The notes beneath the pieces are model-generated. The model was not told the origin of the DNA and did no database searches. It was given only the letters and a program-made list of their open reading frames with translations. DNA of 64,000 nt. Origin: Sphagnum compactum (Eukaryota). Positions 1 to 14,000 of this stretch are shown one piece after another. A program made the position numbers and the translations under genes. How positions within the stretch are numbered: the stretch's first letter is position 1; each line of letters starts with the position of its first letter. The stretch lies in the NCBI GenBank assembly GCA_965153455.1, contig OZ234493.1, forward strand, positions 7,616,213 through 7,680,212, in the 5' to 3' direction.

Positions 1-2049
1 CAGACTTCAAATGTCTTTGAATGAAAAAAACATGAATAATAATTATCCATGCTTTTACATAATAATATATTTTGATCATTCTTTTTGTCGTGATTATTTT
101 TGACCCTTGTAAAAATTATTGATTTTTTTATCCATAGCCTTTTGTAACCAATCCTAGTGTGTCACTATCATCCTAACAAACAAACCGATTACTCTCTAAA
201 TAGTCACTCAAAGAGGCAACCTTGACTCCTATTAGCATGTTTCGATCCGGTTAGGTTCTCAAAATAGTTATCTATAATATAAGTTGTGGTCATTGAAATG
301 ATTGGAAATCAAATTGACAAAGTGATTCTTGACCATTTAAATGACATTTTGACACTATAAAAAAAATCACGAATTTTCAAAGCATCCAAGTTGACGACTT
401 TGTCCCTTTTGATTAAGAATTCGAACAATTTGACTAGAAGCTCTAATTGATGAAGTGACATATTTGTTTTTGACTAGAATCAAGAGAGAAAATGCCTGGA
501 ATTAGGGTTAACTCATACCCTAACCACCGATTCCAAGCCCAGCTAGTGAGAACCAAGTAAGAAAAAAATTGTCAGAAGTTGAACCTAAAATCTAGAACAA
601 GATTCTCAGTTCCATATATGTGTGGAACTTTAACCGTAACCAAGATTATCATAATTTATCACTCTCTATCTAATCTCAAGTTTCAACACAAGCCAAAAGA
701 TCATGTTTCAAAAATCCTCATATAAAAATAGACCTATTATTTATTACCTAGTAGGGGCCAAAATCCCTTAAGCTTACTACTATACTCTATAAGGAATCAT
801 AACACAAACAAGCAACATTCCTTAATAGCTCCATATACATGCACATGCAACCCATCCTTGAAAGATGGTCTTGCAAAAGAACAACCTAGAACTTTGGATG
901 GTTTATGAACATGTACATCATGGTTTTGATGGGCCTTTGATGCCTCATCATTTTAGTCACTTACAAGGCACAATGAACAGATTTTCTTGGGTTTACATGA
1001 CCTAACCATTGTTCAAAATCAAGGTGCCCATTTGTAAAATTCATTAAAACTATTCTGTTATATGTGAAGCATGCTACTACTAGGTACCATAAGCCCATTA
1101 GTATGCACATTTTCCGGGCCCATTCATGAATTCAGGCTTGCCCTACTAGGCTCGCCCAAATTGCTCACAAGGCACCTAGAATGTTCCCATACTACATGAA
1201 ACACCTTGAGAAATTCCAAATATTAGTATTTGGATCGGGTGCTCAACTTAGCTATTGCCTCATCCTGGGGCTCTTATTTTTATAGAGAATTTCCCCCACT
1301 TCCCCCACCATGAGGCTTTACCCTAAAAATAAACCACTCCAAGGTTTTTTCAAATTTGTATTTTGAATTAAGTACCTCCCCCACACTGAAGATGGTGGTT
1401 TCATGAATTGAAGGGACCTTCCACCGATCATGTTAAAAATTACCTTTGCCCACATTTGTAGAGTATGTAGACCCATGGTTTTTACCTTTTTTTTTTCCCC
1501 TCATAATACCTGGCAAGTATTACAATGGGTAACCGCCAGGTATCACGGAATTTTATTTATTTTTAAATAAAATTTAAAATCCATCAATTTTTACATCATG
1601 TAACACCCTCAACTCGACTCGACTCCGCTTTGCATGAGCCACCGTTATTCCAATAATGCCCACAACCTCGGCGGTTACACTTGCCCTTACAAACCTTCCA
1701 CCACATGATATACTTGTACCCATTCCCCCCCTAAGCCTGGTAACTAGGGTTCTATAATGGTTAACTAGGGTAAGCCTGAAGAAGCCCAGAAGAAGCTGGC
1801 CACAAATGCTCTCTCTGGGGGAAGAGAGTGGGTGTTGTTGTTGCCAAATGAAGATAGGTACTATGTCCAATAATATGTCAGGTTTGATGCTTTGAAAACT
1901 AGCACTTTAGTGGGGTCCTCCTGCTAAATTGATGGTGTTTTCAAACTAGCCATTTTAGTGGGGTCCTCCTTGTTGATTGTACTATGGGAGCAGCTTGACA
2001 TACCAAAATCCCTGTCTCCAAGAATCATAGCACCCATTAAGCCTAGGCA

Positions 2050-2592
2050 TGTTATAATGTGAGATAGCATATTCAATTACTTCATGGGGTGGTTATAAGG
2101 TGAGAGCATATGATTTAGTCCATGGGTTGGTTGGTTGGTTATAGTGTGATAGCATATGAATTAGTCCATGGGTTGGTTATAATGTGATAGCATATTGAAT
2201 TCCTTCATGGGTTGGTTATAGTGCGATAGCATATGAATTAGTCCATGGGTTGGTTATAATGTGATAGCATATTGAATTCCTTCATGGGTTGGTTATAGTG
2301 TGATAGCATATGAATTAGTCCATGGGTTGGTTATAATGTGATAGCATATTGAATTCCTTCATGGGTTGGTTATAGTGCGATAGCATATGAATTAGTCCAT
2401 GGGTTGGTTATAATGTGATAGCATATTAAATTCCTTCATGGGTTGGTTAGAGTGTGATAGCATATGAATTAGTCCATGGGTTGGTTATATGTGATAGCAT
2501 ATTAAATTACTTCATGGGTTATATATAATGTCATAGCATATTAATTAGTTCATGGGGTATATATAACGTGATAGCATATTAATTAGTTCATT
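2050..2592. repeat. Minisatellite of alternating 38/39-bp monomers (77-bp dimer), about 14 monomers
   Basis: TAGTGYGATAGCATATGAATTAGTCCATGGGTTGGTTA plus TAATGTGATAGCATATTGAATTCCTTCATGGGTTGGTTA. Dimers start at 2142, 2219, 2296, 2373 and 2450, with degenerate edges. Confidence 0.95.
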
Positions 2593-5500
2593 GGTGTGCA
2601 CACACTTTCTTTTCTTTCTGGGAAGGGAGCATATTGATTGCCCATCACCAATGGTTGGGGGGGGGGGGGGGGGGGGGGGGACACACTCCTCAATAGAAGC
2701 CCCCCCCCCCCCCCCCCAATAATAATAATAAAGTGTTTGCCCAAACCCTAACCCAATGGATGAAAATATTAGGTAGGTTCCATGTCCTGAATACAAACTT
2801 AAAGGCCTGACTCCCTGATAGTTCAGCATTGCACCATCAAGGATGGATGATGAATGGATAGAAAAATACTTTTCCATTAGGTTGAAGATAGTGAGGGTTT
2901 AGTTTAGTGGTAGTTTAATACTACCCACCTACTAACAACATGAAAGCCTTTACCTCTATATGTACTGACCATCCACATGCATCTACTTACTTTGAGTGTT
3001 TGTTACTCACAATTATTATGCAATTCACTTAGGGTAGAAACCACCCATCACCGAACATGTACTTATCACCAAACACTTTCCAATATTTTTCCTCTTACCT
3101 TTACCAAATTGAGCAAATTTTTGTGTCATTGGACATGCAAACTAGAGAGTTACAAATGTGTGAGGATTCGACCTCCTTTGATTTCTAAAGTGTTCACTCA
3201 CCAACCTATATTTGATCAGTGGAAATTGTGCAAACATAACATACTTGCAAGGTTTCATACCTAGCTTCTCTTGTATTGTTGTAGCAAAAGATGTAGAGCT
3301 TGTGAAGAAGCATTGATTGATAGGAATGCAATTCTAAAGGCAAAGCTGTGTTGAGGTCTTTTTAAGAAAAGCAAGTCAACCCAACTACAAATGTGGTAAA
3401 CCTAAGAGTGTGGATATAATAAAATTTCATGTGTCATCTCTTAGTACCTACATGTGAACAACACTTCTTTTTTGAATTTTGATGAAGTATGTCTTCTTAT
3501 TGCACATGAATTTTTTAAGGCGCAAAAAGTTAGGTCCATGTGCACAAGCACCTCCACCTTGGGTGTGTGTTGTGCATAACATTATTGTCTTACATGAGCT
3601 TTTAGAATCATGTTGATAGATGAAAGCACAATTAACACACTATTTGAACTAATAGACTATTTGAACTATCATTGTCATAGTTTTTAAAAATTGGAAATGG
3701 ACTTAGAATGTAAAGCCATATTCAACATTGACATTGTAAATTTTATGTATTCTTATTGTAATAGAGTTCAGTGGGAAATCATATTATGAATTACAGATGA
3801 TTTCTAAAAACATATTGAACTAATAGTGGACTTTTGAAATGATGTGTTCATGACATTTTTCATGCATACATTACAAAAACATATGGACTCAAAAAGTATG
3901 TCATAATAGTGTCAAAATAATTAAAAACTAAGTCACCATTAAATAATGAATTGAGTAGAATGCATTAAAACTTTCCCAATTCAACAAATTCTGATTTTTA
4001 AAATATTAATTTTCCTATCACTTTTTATCATTTATAATTCATTTTACATTGAAATCTTCAAGCTGACATGGTTCTTTTGGACCAATCACATGTATAGTGA
4101 TATCTATAAAGTGACATATTGACATATGATTTTGGTTGAAAATATTGACATCTCAATATTTTCAACCAAAATCATAGAAGATAATTATAAGATTTATAGT
4201 TTCATAAATAATTGAGTTGATGCAATATTTTCAAAAGTGAACCCCTAACCATGACTTTACGTTAATGAGTGAATCCATATGAACTTTCATAGGTGCAACT
4301 AAAACCATTTTCAAGAGGTCAAGTGTTGTAATCATAACCAAGGTGAGTTCTAGTGGCATATTTCTTTTATGAACATCAAAGGAAATAAGTGATCCAAAAT
4401 TTCAATATCACTTTGGCCATATTAATAATTTTCAAAATTGAACTTTAGCATCTACACAAATTTCACTACAGTAGAACATCATTGTCATCCTTTATTCTAA
4501 ACCAAGCTTTCATGGTGTTCTCCTCCCCATGGTGTTCATTTAGACTTTTCCCCTTTTGATTGGCCTTGTGTTCACCATGGTGGTCATTTACCACAAATTT
4601 GACTATGAACGTATAACAAAGAAATGAATTCTTTTTGCATTCAATTTATTTATCAATGCTCACAACACTAATTATTATTATTAGATTTTCTAGCATAAAA
4701 ATACTCAAAATGACAAGCATAAAAAGACCACCTTTTCAATTTGGACAAGTTGATTTAAACTTGCCACTATGACTAAGGTTGTCTTTTGATTGGCATAGCA
4801 AGAGACTATTTGACAAGTTTAATTTTTACTTCAATTTAAATTTTTTTCTTCTAGATTATTATTTTTCTAAATATTTTAAAGGTAGGTATATAGGAAATAG
4901 GATTACGTAGGTCATAAAAGAACAAATAGGTAGGTGGTAAACCAAACTTTAAAACTTAACCTACGAAGTAATTACTTTGGTTTATCCTACCTATCTTTAC
5001 CCCTTAGGCATGCACATAGGTTAGTAAATGTATAAGGAAGTGAACCCTTCTTTTGCACAATGATAAACCAAGTTCTTACCAATGATTACACCTTTGAAAA
5101 ACTACAACTTTTTTCAAGTTTTTTTATTTCACATGTTTCTTTCACAACACTATTTATGTATATAAATAAAAGAGTTAGATAATTAATGAGAAGGTTGGAA
5201 GTAAGTTGAAAGATGATAGGTAGGTAGAAGAGGTAGGTCCATAAATAGACCTAAATTACTTACTTAGCTTAGGTAATAGTTAAGTACATACATAGGTAAG
5301 CACAGTACTAGGAAACATGGGTGCAATTCACTAACCCATTTCACTAAGAGACCTTAAAAGTGAAATGGGTTCATTAGTTAATGTTTTAGCTTAATGCAAT
5401 TTCACAATGGTTGAAATCACTTGTTTAATTCATTAATGTTCAATTTTTTTTGTTACTCGAATTTTTTATAAATTAGTAAAAATAGAAAAAATAAAATTAA

Positions 5501-8500
5501 TCTAATTATTTATTCAATATATGTGTTTATTAATTTATTATGATATTTGGATACAACTTATAAACATGTTATAGTTTGTATTAAATTGATTTCCATAAAT
5601 GAAATGTCCTTTCAAAAAAATTACAATAAAAAATTATTCAAAATAAATTTTAATACCATTTACAATACCAAAAATATTACATGTATAAACTAATAATTCA
5701 GAAGTTCACATATAATGTTAATAATCTATATAATGTTAAAATTAGACGATACCCTTAAATTGAAATATCTCATTCTAGGGTTCATTTTTCTAATATTCAA
5801 ATGATTGTACACATAGATTAAAATAAATATGTTAATTTATTAATTTATAATTTATGAAATTCTTACAAATTTACGTTTATTTATTTATCAGAAACCTTCA
5901 ATCATAAAACTTGAAAAAAAAAAAATTATGAAAGAAACCATTTTATAAAACTAAAATAACCTTGAAAAATGGAAATGTATTATTTGTAATAAAATTGAAT
6001 AAAAATTATGATATTTGAAAATATACATGCATATAAATTGATAATTATTTACATATTTCTAGTACTTTACATAAAATTAAAATTATTAAAAAATAAACCT
6101 AATATTATTTGTTTAATAACTTAAATATTATGTGTGTAAGTTAATTATTAAATGGTCATCATAAATATAATGAAAATTTTTATTTTTTTATTGATTAAAT
6201 ATATGCTGAAATTGTGGGGACATATAATATGATATTATATGTTACTAGTAACAATCAAATATTTTTTGAAACAAAAAATCAATGTTGGTTGAATGGCAAT
6301 GGAAATTATGTGTGAATCACGTTGAAATCCAAGGTTCAGACAAGGTTCAAACTTTGGTAAAACTTCCATGTGGTCAATGGTGTGTGTTGACCATATAATC
6401 AACATTGTATGTTGATTATTATTATGTACATAAAATGATTTATTATTATTGATTAAAAATTAAAATTAAAATTAAAATTAAATTCAAACCATTCTATCCA
6501 ATGACTTTGAGAAAATGAAGAAATGAATTATACCAAGATTTTGCAAAGAAAAAAGGATGATAATAAGGATATAAAAGCTCGTAATTCATATAGTGGTTTT
6601 GTAATGTGTAGAAATACCAAAATTAGTTTGGTAGGCTATGAAAGATATTTACAAATTTTTCAATTTTTGACAATTCACAATTTCATTCTTCTACAAAAGA
6701 CTAGCCTATTGTTTTTAATCCTGTAGCTCCTATAATGCACAAACCATCCTAAAAACTATCTTTCTTAACCTAAAAAATATTTTAAAATTTGTTAATTTAG
6801 TAGTTAAAATCACAAATTTCAAAATTTTAAAACTTTCTCTCCTTAGTAAGTGGTTAATGCAAATTATAACCAAAATTATGTATGGATGAACCATGGGCAC
6901 TTCACATTCACAAAAACAAATATCATGGACTTGGGGAAAAGTCATTGTTTTTTTCCTTATAGTACACTATGTACATGGTAACAAAGACTACATGTTGAAG
7001 TGAGACAAATTCCTCATGGATTCGAAAATGGGAGTTTAAATATTTTTCAAGTTATGAGTCCCACCACTTCATGTGGATTTTAATTCAACGTATTTGAAAA
7101 GAGAAGTTGTAGCCTTTAAAAATAACGTTCTAGCGGTGCATCGCACACCTCGATTAAAGGTGATTTGACCTATCTGTTGGGCATTCTACTAATCATGGGT
7201 CAAATTGTTAGTTTGATTCACGACCATTCATTTGAATATTAGTTGTGTTTTGGATCTTTAAATTGGGAAGGGTAAAACCATGGTTATGTAACGATATGTG
7301 AAAATCTTAAATCTACAAATTCTTAAAATTCTACCATCATGATAGTTAACAAACTATTTATCCAATGTGCATTCCTTTATGCTTTTGGTCAAAATGTTGA
7401 TAATTAATTAATAAATATCATTAGATCTATGATTGGTCAAAAAATTCATGTAAAAGTTTAAAGTTTTTTAATGTGGGATGAACTATCAAAATGATCAAAT
7501 TGAGGTAATATTTATTGTTAAACGAAAAGTTGAAAATTGGAATGACTTGTATTAGAAATGTTTTATTGCATGTTATTTTTTAACTTTCATTTGATGATGG
7601 TTTGTTTTTTTAATTTTTAATTTTGACACTACTATGTCATATTTTTTTAATCCACATGTAAATTTTGTATGTGTGACATAAGCAATGTCATTATTTCAAA
7701 AGTTCACAATAAGTCCACCTTTGTTTAGAATTAATCCATATCCTCTAATATGATTTTCACTTAGGTCGATTGCAACATGGATAATTAAAAAGTTGAGAAT
7801 GTTATTGTTACAATTTTTATTGATTATCATAGTTATAATTTTTGTTGACACCATCTTCTAAGCTATAAAACCTCATGTACAAATTGAGGATTGCATTGAT
7901 CTAAGATCAATGTGATTAAACTCCTCACATGTTCACCCATTCTTGGCCAAGACAATGTAATTGTATTGACTAGAATATTAAAGTGCTCACTCTTACTTGC
8001 AACATGGAATCCTACATACAAAAGATGAGGGTACAATTGCATAACCCCTTGAATACATGGTTAGGGTTGCATAGCAATTGAAATGAGGCTAATGCCACCT
8101 ACATATATGGGGAGAAAAACCTTTAGGTGGGCTAACATGAGAAGTGGCGTATCAAAGAACACTATAACAAAAAAGTATTTTAAAATTTGAGAAGTATTCA
8201 AGTATGATGAAACAAAGCATGAAAGTCTTGAAATCTAAGGGAGGGAAACCTATTAAAGTTAAAAGTCACCCTCTCTTTCAGCCCCTATCCCCTCTCCTTC
8301 ATCCCCTATCCCCTCTTTGAGTGGTATCTGCAAAGTAAGGAAATTTCATTAAATCTCAGTATGAAATGCTGAAACTCAGCATTTCATGCACAAGGTTTGA
8401 GACTAATTATAGTAGTTGGTACAAGTAGTAGGCGCTCAGAGGAGGCGCTCAGGAAAAAGGAAAGAGGGGATGAAACTCAGTTTACTACCAAAATTGGTGG

Positions 8501-9861
8501 AAAAACTAGTTAGTTTGGGTCCCAGTTATTTCGTTTTGTAAAATTTCATTCCCAGTTACGCGTTTGATGCCCTATTACGTCGAAACTGGCCGTTCTCGTC
8601 CCCTAATCGCCTAACTTTATGGATAACTTTATTATATCAACATTTTGTAAAGAGTTTTCGAAAAGATCCCAAAAGCCACCTTTTTATCATCCCAAAACGG
8701 AGATATGTGCATCCTCGACATCTTTCTATACAAAATCCTTGTTTAGAATGAATGTGGATTAAAGATATATTATTATTAAAATGCCCAAAGACTCTTTTAA
8801 TCTTGTGTTAATCAAAATTGGGGAATGTAATTAGAGAGGTCAAAATGGGGTCCATGTGACATGCTTGCAATGCTCAAATCTAATCTTGTTACTTTGAGTT
8901 GGAAAGCTGAATATTCAAGGATGGCACTTGGTAGCATTGCTTTTTTCTGGAATTTTTGAGTGCAGCCTAAGTGGTGATTGTCCACACCAAGAAATACCAA
9001 AAATGACCATCATTTGAGGAACATTTTGCCAAACCTGGCTATAAACCAAATATGAAGTAAGTAGAAAATTTTTAATCAACTTTTTTTTATATTCATGGTA
9101 AGTACACACTAAAATCAAAATATAAAAATTGGGTGATTTTTACTTTTTTTTCTTCTCACTTTTTTGGGAATTGAAACCCTCCAAAAATCACTTTCTAAAT
9201 TAGTCATCACATTGTTACATGTAAATTCAAGATACCGATGAGATGCAAAATCTTCCACAAAGAAAAAGAAAAATTACTTTTAAAATCAAAGTGACGTGCC
9301 GTAAAGTATGTAATGGAAAAGGAAAGAAAGGTGAGGGAAAAAGGGTTAGGGCAAGTGCAACATGGAATTCATCCCCAACAAGCCTAAGAGCTAAACTTTG
9401 ACAAAGACAAATTAGGGGGTTAGGTCATGTTGGGAGGTGATTTGAAATCACTAATAAGCTTGGAAATAATAAGCAATCCTTTATTAAAAAGCTTTATGAA
9501 TCTCTTGCTAGAAATCAATAGAGTCATTTTGAGTTTCTTGATGCTCTACTAACCACATTGAAGAGGTAATAGGAAGCAACATTGACCACAACAATAAATA
9601 AATAAATAAATGAAATCATGTCATCGCATCCAAGGGGTGTACCAAACCTGTGTTATACCAAAGTTTGCTACCCCGTGTTGCATATGACAATGGGAATATG
9701 AGATCATGGCCATGAAAGGCGTAAACGCCATGGCGATGTCTAAGTAATGCCTCACTCTAAGGCCATGAAGACCTTGTGGAAAGGACTATAGAAGAATTTG
9801 ATTCTCATTTTGTTTCCCCCATGATACCCGGCGGGCAAAAAGTTGAATGAAAATGGAGGTG

Positions 9862-9889
9862 AGGGTTTAGGGTTTAGGGTTTAGGGTTT
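9862..9889 (+). repeat. Interstitial plant telomere-type repeat (AGGGTTT)x4
   Basis: AGGGTTTAGGGTTTAGGGTTTAGGGTTT read directly from the sequence. Confidence 0.85.
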
Positions 9890-10465
9890 TTGGAATGGGT
9901 GTGTTTTGTTTCTTTCGAAATGTGTCATCGTTTTGTGCAGGATAGATTCCACTTGATAATGTGCCGTCGGAATATACTGAAAACATTCTGCTGGTGCTTT
10001 GGGGCATGAGGTTCAAGCATTGGCAATATTCCTCACATGCGTAAACACTTGTCAGAATTATTATTATTATTTTTAGTGTATTTGGTGGAGGTCGTGTTTT
10101 ATAGAGCATAATCTTATCTCCCCCAAGAGGCAAGGCATTTTTTCAAGAGCAAAAAATGCCCGCAAAAGAGGGTATTTTTTTTGTTTTTAAATGCCCGCAA
10201 GAGAGGGTATTTTTTGTTTTGTTAAATGCCCACCGCTTGGGTTTTTCCTTTTAGAGAAAAAAACATGATTTATTTTATTTTTTAATATATATATATATAT
10301 ATATATTTTTTTTTTGGGTTTTGGGGCAGGTCTTTGCCCTTGGTAATGCCCTTGGAGGAGCAGGGAGGGCATTCCCAAAGTAAGTGTCGGTCAGCTTTGC
10401 CTTGGGCAGTTGCTTACTTTGGGAATGCCCTGCTCCAAGGGTGTGTTCCGTGTTACCCTACACGA

Positions 10466-10802
10466 AAAACTTATGCAGAACATGCCATCATTCACAGACA
10501 ACATCAGAAAACTTGTGCAGAACATGCCATCATCCACATAAAACATCAGAAAAGTTGTGCAGAACATGCCAACATCCACAAACAACATCAGAAAACTTGT
10601 GCAGAACATGTCATCATCCACAGACAACATCAGAAAACTTGTGCAGAACATGCCATCATCCATGAACAACATCAGAAAACTTCTGCAGAACATGCCATCA
10701 TCCACAGACAACATCAGAAAACTTGTGCAGAACATGGCCATCATCCACAAACAACATCAGAAAACTTGTGCAGAACATGCCATCATCCATGAACAACATC
10801 AG
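10466..10802. repeat. 42-bp tandem repeat, 8 copies
   Basis: Consensus AAAACTTGTGCAGAACATGCCATCATCCACAGACAACATCAG; one copy has a 1-nt insertion near 10737. Confidence 0.95.
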
Positions 10803-10924
10803 CATTAATTTGCCACAGAACATACATACCATCGTCCTCTACAACCCAAAAGAAAATTTAGCCAGGTGTGTGTGCTTACATGTGTGTTTTTTTTTTTTTT
10901 TAAAAATTAAAAATTATTTTTTTA

Positions 10925-11077
10925 CGGCAATTAATTCTATAAACACATCTTTTTACTTACTAGTTACTTAATTTTTGATGTTTTACATCATTGTGTGTTT
11001 TTTTTCATTTTTTCCGGCAATTAATTCTATAAACACATCTTTTTACTTACTAGTTACTTAATTTTTGATGTTTTACA
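10925..11077. repeat. 63-bp perfect direct repeat (period 90 bp)
   Basis: CGGCAATTAATTCTATAAACACATC...GATGTTTTACA at 10925-10987 and 11015-11077. Confidence 0.9.
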
Positions 11078-14000
11078 AATCATTGTTGTTGTGCACCCTA
11101 ACATCTAAACCCTAAACCCTAACAAGGAAGTCAGCAATCAAGCCTGACTTGACCCAGTGGTGCGGGATGCATGCGGGATCTGGGGAGTCCAGAACAACCC
11201 AGTCTGGCCCTCCCTTAAAACGCCTCTCCTCGGGTTAGTACTACTACATGGCAGCGCAAGGTATATTGCAGAGGCGTGCGCATGGCATGGCGCACAAAAC
11301 AAAGACAAAGCTCAAAACTTAGCCACAATTTGAACATGACCGATTCTTTGTAACTTAGCACCATCTAATTTGGATCCATAATTTTGACACTCTCTGTAGA
11401 GAGATCTCTGCTTGCACTTACTACTACAAACGAGTAAAAATTTGTAAAGTGGAATACAACCTTGTTAAGGCACCCGGGGGGAATGGCAATTTTTTTACCC
11501 ATATATACCCGTTGGGTCTGGATAAACCATATCCTTTACACCTTCGCTTATTTTCTTACAACCAATATACCCTAATGAAACGCATATCTAAAACACATAT
11601 GTCTGGAAAAAATTATGTATATATATATATATATATGTATATCTTATTGAGATATACCGTGAGATATACCCGTACAATTAGGATAACCATCCACTTGCGA
11701 CCACCTAAAGATTACACCCTCGAATCCTTTAGTTTTTTACTTGCCTACCTAACTAGATAGTAACCACTTACATTCCCAGGCTACTTACTTGTGTTACTTA
11801 CCCAACTACTACTACCTAGGTAAGTAGTGAGAGGGGGGAAACAAGAGGATTTATAGCATAGGGTACCAACTACCAACTTAGTAACTAAGTAGGTTTTACA
11901 TAAAGGCATTACATACACCGGGTAGAAAATAGGTAACTAACTACCTATTACATAACTAGATGGTTTATGCATAGGCTAGGGCTGTCTTTCCTACTTACCA
12001 CCAACTAACAACTTGCAAGCAGGCTGTTAGTAGGTGGGTAGTATGAAAAGCAACCGAGCTAACTAACCACCATGGTTAGCTAGGGGAACTTGAACCCAAT
12101 TATAAAAAAATCTGTTTGGTGACCACTTACCAATCCATTTTGAAGGTTATATTATTATTATTGCATGGTTTAAAATATTTGAGTTCCCATAATCCTTCTA
12201 AATTTTTTGCCTTAAGATCAGTTTCAATGTAAAATGGCAAGGTCACAATGTGACACACCCCTTTGTTTCCTTAAAAGAACCAGACCCAAAACTGGGGTTC
12301 CAAACTGGGTTCCAAACTGGGTTCTAGATTTCTATGTAAAACCAGAACTGGAGGTGGTGCTTCAAGAAAAAAACTGCCCAACACTGCTATGTATATATAT
12401 GTAGAGAGAGAGAGAGAGAATTCCACCACCCTCTGTGTTGATGTGAAAAGTGTGGACTAACAAAAGAGGAAGGAGGCAGTTGTGCCTGCCTGCACATGGT
12501 TTCACAGTTGGTGTGTGGAGATCAAGGGGCAGGTGAGTCGTTTTGGGTTTGCGTGGAGAGTCTGTCCTGCAGCACATGAGCTGAGCAAAAGTTATGAGAA
12601 GAGCACTGTGTGTTCCTGCCTGCAGTGCAAAATCGCCTTTTGTCAAAGTTGCCGTGATTTGCATGAGAGAAGAGAGAAAGAGAAAGAGAGAAGGACCAAT
12701 TTGTCTAGTAGTTTTGGGGTTCATTATAACACGGACTCTCTGACAAGCAGCAGCAGCAGCAGCAGCCCAGTTGTCCTAATGGAAAAGCCTTGAAATTATT
12801 ATTATGTATGCAGTTGCTTCTTCAACTTCTTCTTCATGCCTGCAACAAGTTATAGAGAGAGAGGTTAACCAATTCTTTAGCTTTGGCTTCCCCTTGTAGC
12901 TCCTGCTGCTCTGCTGCTGTATGAGATAATGTCACTTGAGCCTAGTAGTAGTTCACTCTGTCATAGTAATGTGTTTGTGTGTGGGTGTGTGTGTTTTTTT
13001 CCTTTCAAATTTGTGAAGAAGTTGAAGTAGTGGTCATGGGTATCCATCTATACGAATTTTTTTGACAAATTTGAAAACAAAAGGTGCACTTGCTTATCAA
13101 AATGCATTGAAGCAAACACATATGAATATGTTGTTACTTCTAGAGTGGTCAACTTGGCTGATTTCTTTCCCAAGTTCCCATGTCCCATCCTAATTTTCCT
13201 TTGTAGTTCAACTTCTGAGAGAGAGAGAGAGAGACAGAGAGAGGGTGCTCTATTCTTATATTTATTGTCGACCTCCATTCCTCCATCTTTGATATTTCTC
13301 AAGTTGTCTTCACACAACAAAGAGACCAATTCCTTTTTCCTTACTTGCCTCAAATATGTACACCAAGCTCAAGTATTTTAAATAAGATGTGTCCCCCATT
13401 CACTAGCTGGTGCTTGTTCACAAATCTGGTATAAAGCTAGCTACAGTAAGACATTAAAATAACAACAGGTGTTTATTGCAGGCAGTACAAGAGTACTATT
13501 TACTTCTTTTTCCCTTGGCTGCCTTTGGCCCCATCCATCTTTCTCTCAAAAATGATGGATAATGCACACACACATCTTGGGTTCGTATTATGCACGTTTT
13601 GGGTCCTGTAAGGGCAGCAGCTCCACAGGTGCTCAGTCAGTGTGTGGCCCCATCAAAAGAAAATTGAATGAAGAAAAGTCAAAACATGCCAGTTTGGCCT
13701 TGCAAAATGGTTTTGGCCCAGCATTTTCACACAAATGCAGAGGCTGGAAAAAACCAAAAAAAAGGCACTTTGAAGTGTAACTGCTGTTGTTGATTGTCTA
13801 GACAGGTCCTTTGATTGGTCCATGTGGGTGGGTTGCTATTAGTAATTAGTCTCCCACCTATAGTCTCCCACCTATTTGCAGTCCCAGTTTTAGTTTGTTA
13901 TGAGTGGGGTAGAAAATATGTAAGTAACCCACTAAACAAACATGTGAAAAGATATTTTTGCAGGTCACATACTGAGCACTGTTGGAGATGCTTTAAAGGA

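Noticed and set aside
2050..2592. CRISPR-like array (also considered for 10466-10802 and 28566-28782)
   Set aside because: Units are contiguous with no unique spacers, there are no cas genes, and the context is eukaryotic.
9862..9889. Chromosome end or telomere fusion site
   Set aside because: Only four units, interstitial, and not directly abutting an inverted array.
10334..10792. 152-aa His/Gln-rich ORF as a real gene
   Set aside because: It arises from a 42-bp repeat that is open in several frames, has a non-ATG start in the track, and a frameshift in one unit.
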